32,000 nt of DNA from Pyrolobus fumarii 1A (GTDB taxonomy: Archaea; Thermoproteota; Thermoprotei_A; Sulfolobales; Pyrodictiaceae): assembly GCF_000223395.1 (NCBI RefSeq), contig NC_015931.1, forward strand, positions 1,230,001 to 1,262,000, given 5' to 3'. Positions 31,039 to 32,000 of this stretch are shown one piece after another. A program made the position numbers and the translations under genes. Positions within the stretch are counted from its first letter, which is position 1; every line of letters begins with the position of its first letter. The notes below the pieces were generated by a model. That model saw nothing but the letters and a program-made list of their open reading frames with translations. It searched no databases and was not told where the DNA came from.

Positions 31039-31998
31039 TCAGAATAAGAGTAGAGCCGCCGCGCCAACAGTGTAGAGCAGCGCCGCTACCCTAGCCAGCT
31101 TTAGGCCTCTAGGTAAATCGCCAGGCTCCGGATCGACACCCTCAGGGTTTATCACATAGTGGCCCGGCTTCTCTAACCATACGCCAAGTGCACCGGCTAA
31201 AGCCGCCATAGGGTGGCCGGCGTTCGGGCTCTCAGTGGCACTTGCCCACCTGCGCCATACCCGCCAGGCTCTCCCTGCATCAAAGCCTGGCAGAGCTAGA
31301 GCCGCCGCTATCATAGTCAGTGCCGTCAGCCTAGCCGGTAGGTAGTTGATCAAGTCGTCCATTCTCGCCGAGAACCACCCGGCTTCGATGTACTCTGGCG
31401 TCTTGTAACCCAACGCGGAGTCCATTGTATTGACGAGCCGCTGGAAGAGGGAACCTATCGGCCCGAACAGCACATAGTAGGTTATGGGAGAGGTGTACCC
31501 GTCAACGAGGCTCTCGGCGAGCGACTCGAGAGCCGCGGAAACCACATGCTTCTCGTCAAGCTTTGCCACATCACGCCTCACGATCCACTGGGTATAGCGC
31601 CTGGCGCACACCCAGTCGCCACTGTACATACACTTGCGTATCTTCTCGACGACGTCGAAGAGCGGGTAGAGAGGACACGATACCTTAACGATATACGCGG
31701 CTATAGCCAGCCACACGAGAGGCGATACCATCCACGCAACATACAACGCAAACGAGTATATGGCTAGGTGGCCCGCCACAACGACAAACCACGCTATCAC
31801 ACCACGCGCTCTGCTTGAGCCCGGTGGCGCAAGCCTAAGCGCCAGGACATATGTCGTCCTCACAGGGTGTATAGCAAGGAGCAGACCGCTATGCCACGGA
31901 TACAACCGATCCAGCAACAATCCCAGGGCAAGCGAGGCGAGGAGAAGACGCGCATCGGGACAAAGCCAGTGCACACCTGCTAGGCTGCATAGTTGCAA
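31039..31998 (-). CDS. cbiB: Adenosylcobinamide-phosphate synthase (CbiB/CobD family membrane protein); the N-terminus is at or just beyond the window edge
   Basis: LLLDRLYPWH..HPVR at the N-terminus and ESPNAGHPMAALAGALGVWLEKPGHYVI near the C-terminus are CbiB hallmarks. The ORF is still open at base 31998 (a TTG), so the true start may lie outside the window. Confidence 0.85.
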   Translation of the reverse strand: MQLCSLAGVHWLCPDARLLLASLALGLLLDRLYPWHSGLLLAIHPVRTTYVLALRLAPPGSSRARGVIAWFVVVAGHLAIYSFALYVAWMVSPLVWLAIAAYIVKVSCPLYPLFDVVEKIRKCMYSGDWVCARRYTQWIVRRDVAKLDEKHVVSAALESLAESLVDGYTSPITYYVLFGPIGSLFQRLVNTMDSALGYKTPEYIEAGWFSARMDDLINYLPARLTALTMIAAALALPGFDAGRAWRVWRRWASATESPNAGHPMAALAGALGVWLEKPGHYVINPEGVDPEPGDLPRGLKLARVAALLYTVGAAALLLF

Positions 31999-32000
31999 GC

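Overview
This window looks archaeal and crenarchaeon-like, probably from a hyperthermophile. The evidence is a PaREP1-family gene, archaeal-type CobY and CobT, TATA-like promoters, many TTG/GTG starts, and exported proteins tethered by Thr-rich stalks. I support about 29 genes.

Left end (1-3.9 kb): the 3' end of pheT, an alkaline-phosphatase-superfamily phosphodiesterase split by a frameshift at a G6 run, a circularly permuted GTPase, a small HTH/zinc-ribbon regulator, and tRNA-Leu(UAG).

Centre (about 3.97-21.5 kb): the stand-out region, a respiratory island. It encodes a very long (1250 aa) Tat-exported NapA-like molybdo/tungsto-enzyme with NapG-like and NapH-like partners and a possible NapD-like chaperone. 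It also encodes two paralogous octahaem c-type cytochromes of the hydroxylamine-oxidoreductase (HAO) family, one of which carries a roughly 165-residue heptad coiled-coil stalk and a C-terminal membrane anchor. Other members are a monohaem cytochrome c with a beta-rich domain, an uncharacterised 12-TM protein with paired His motifs, a Cys-rich HTH_10 (Bat/NarO-like) regulator, an M1-like ecto-metalloprotease and a small EncFtn-like ferritin. I read this island as a candidate archaeal Nap + epsilon-Hao-like nitrate-to-ammonium (N-oxide) respiratory system. That is inference from motifs only.

Right end (21.6-32 kb): an HtpX-like protease, PaREP1, BtpA, and a cobamide salvage/nucleotide-loop operon (cbiB-cobT-cbiZ-cobY-cobD ... 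cobS). The operon is interrupted by a visibly AT-richer gene for an anchored, N-glycosylation-sequon-rich protein.

I saw no rRNA, CRISPR array, transposase or integrase. All functional calls rest on motif recognition by eye, and no database search was run.
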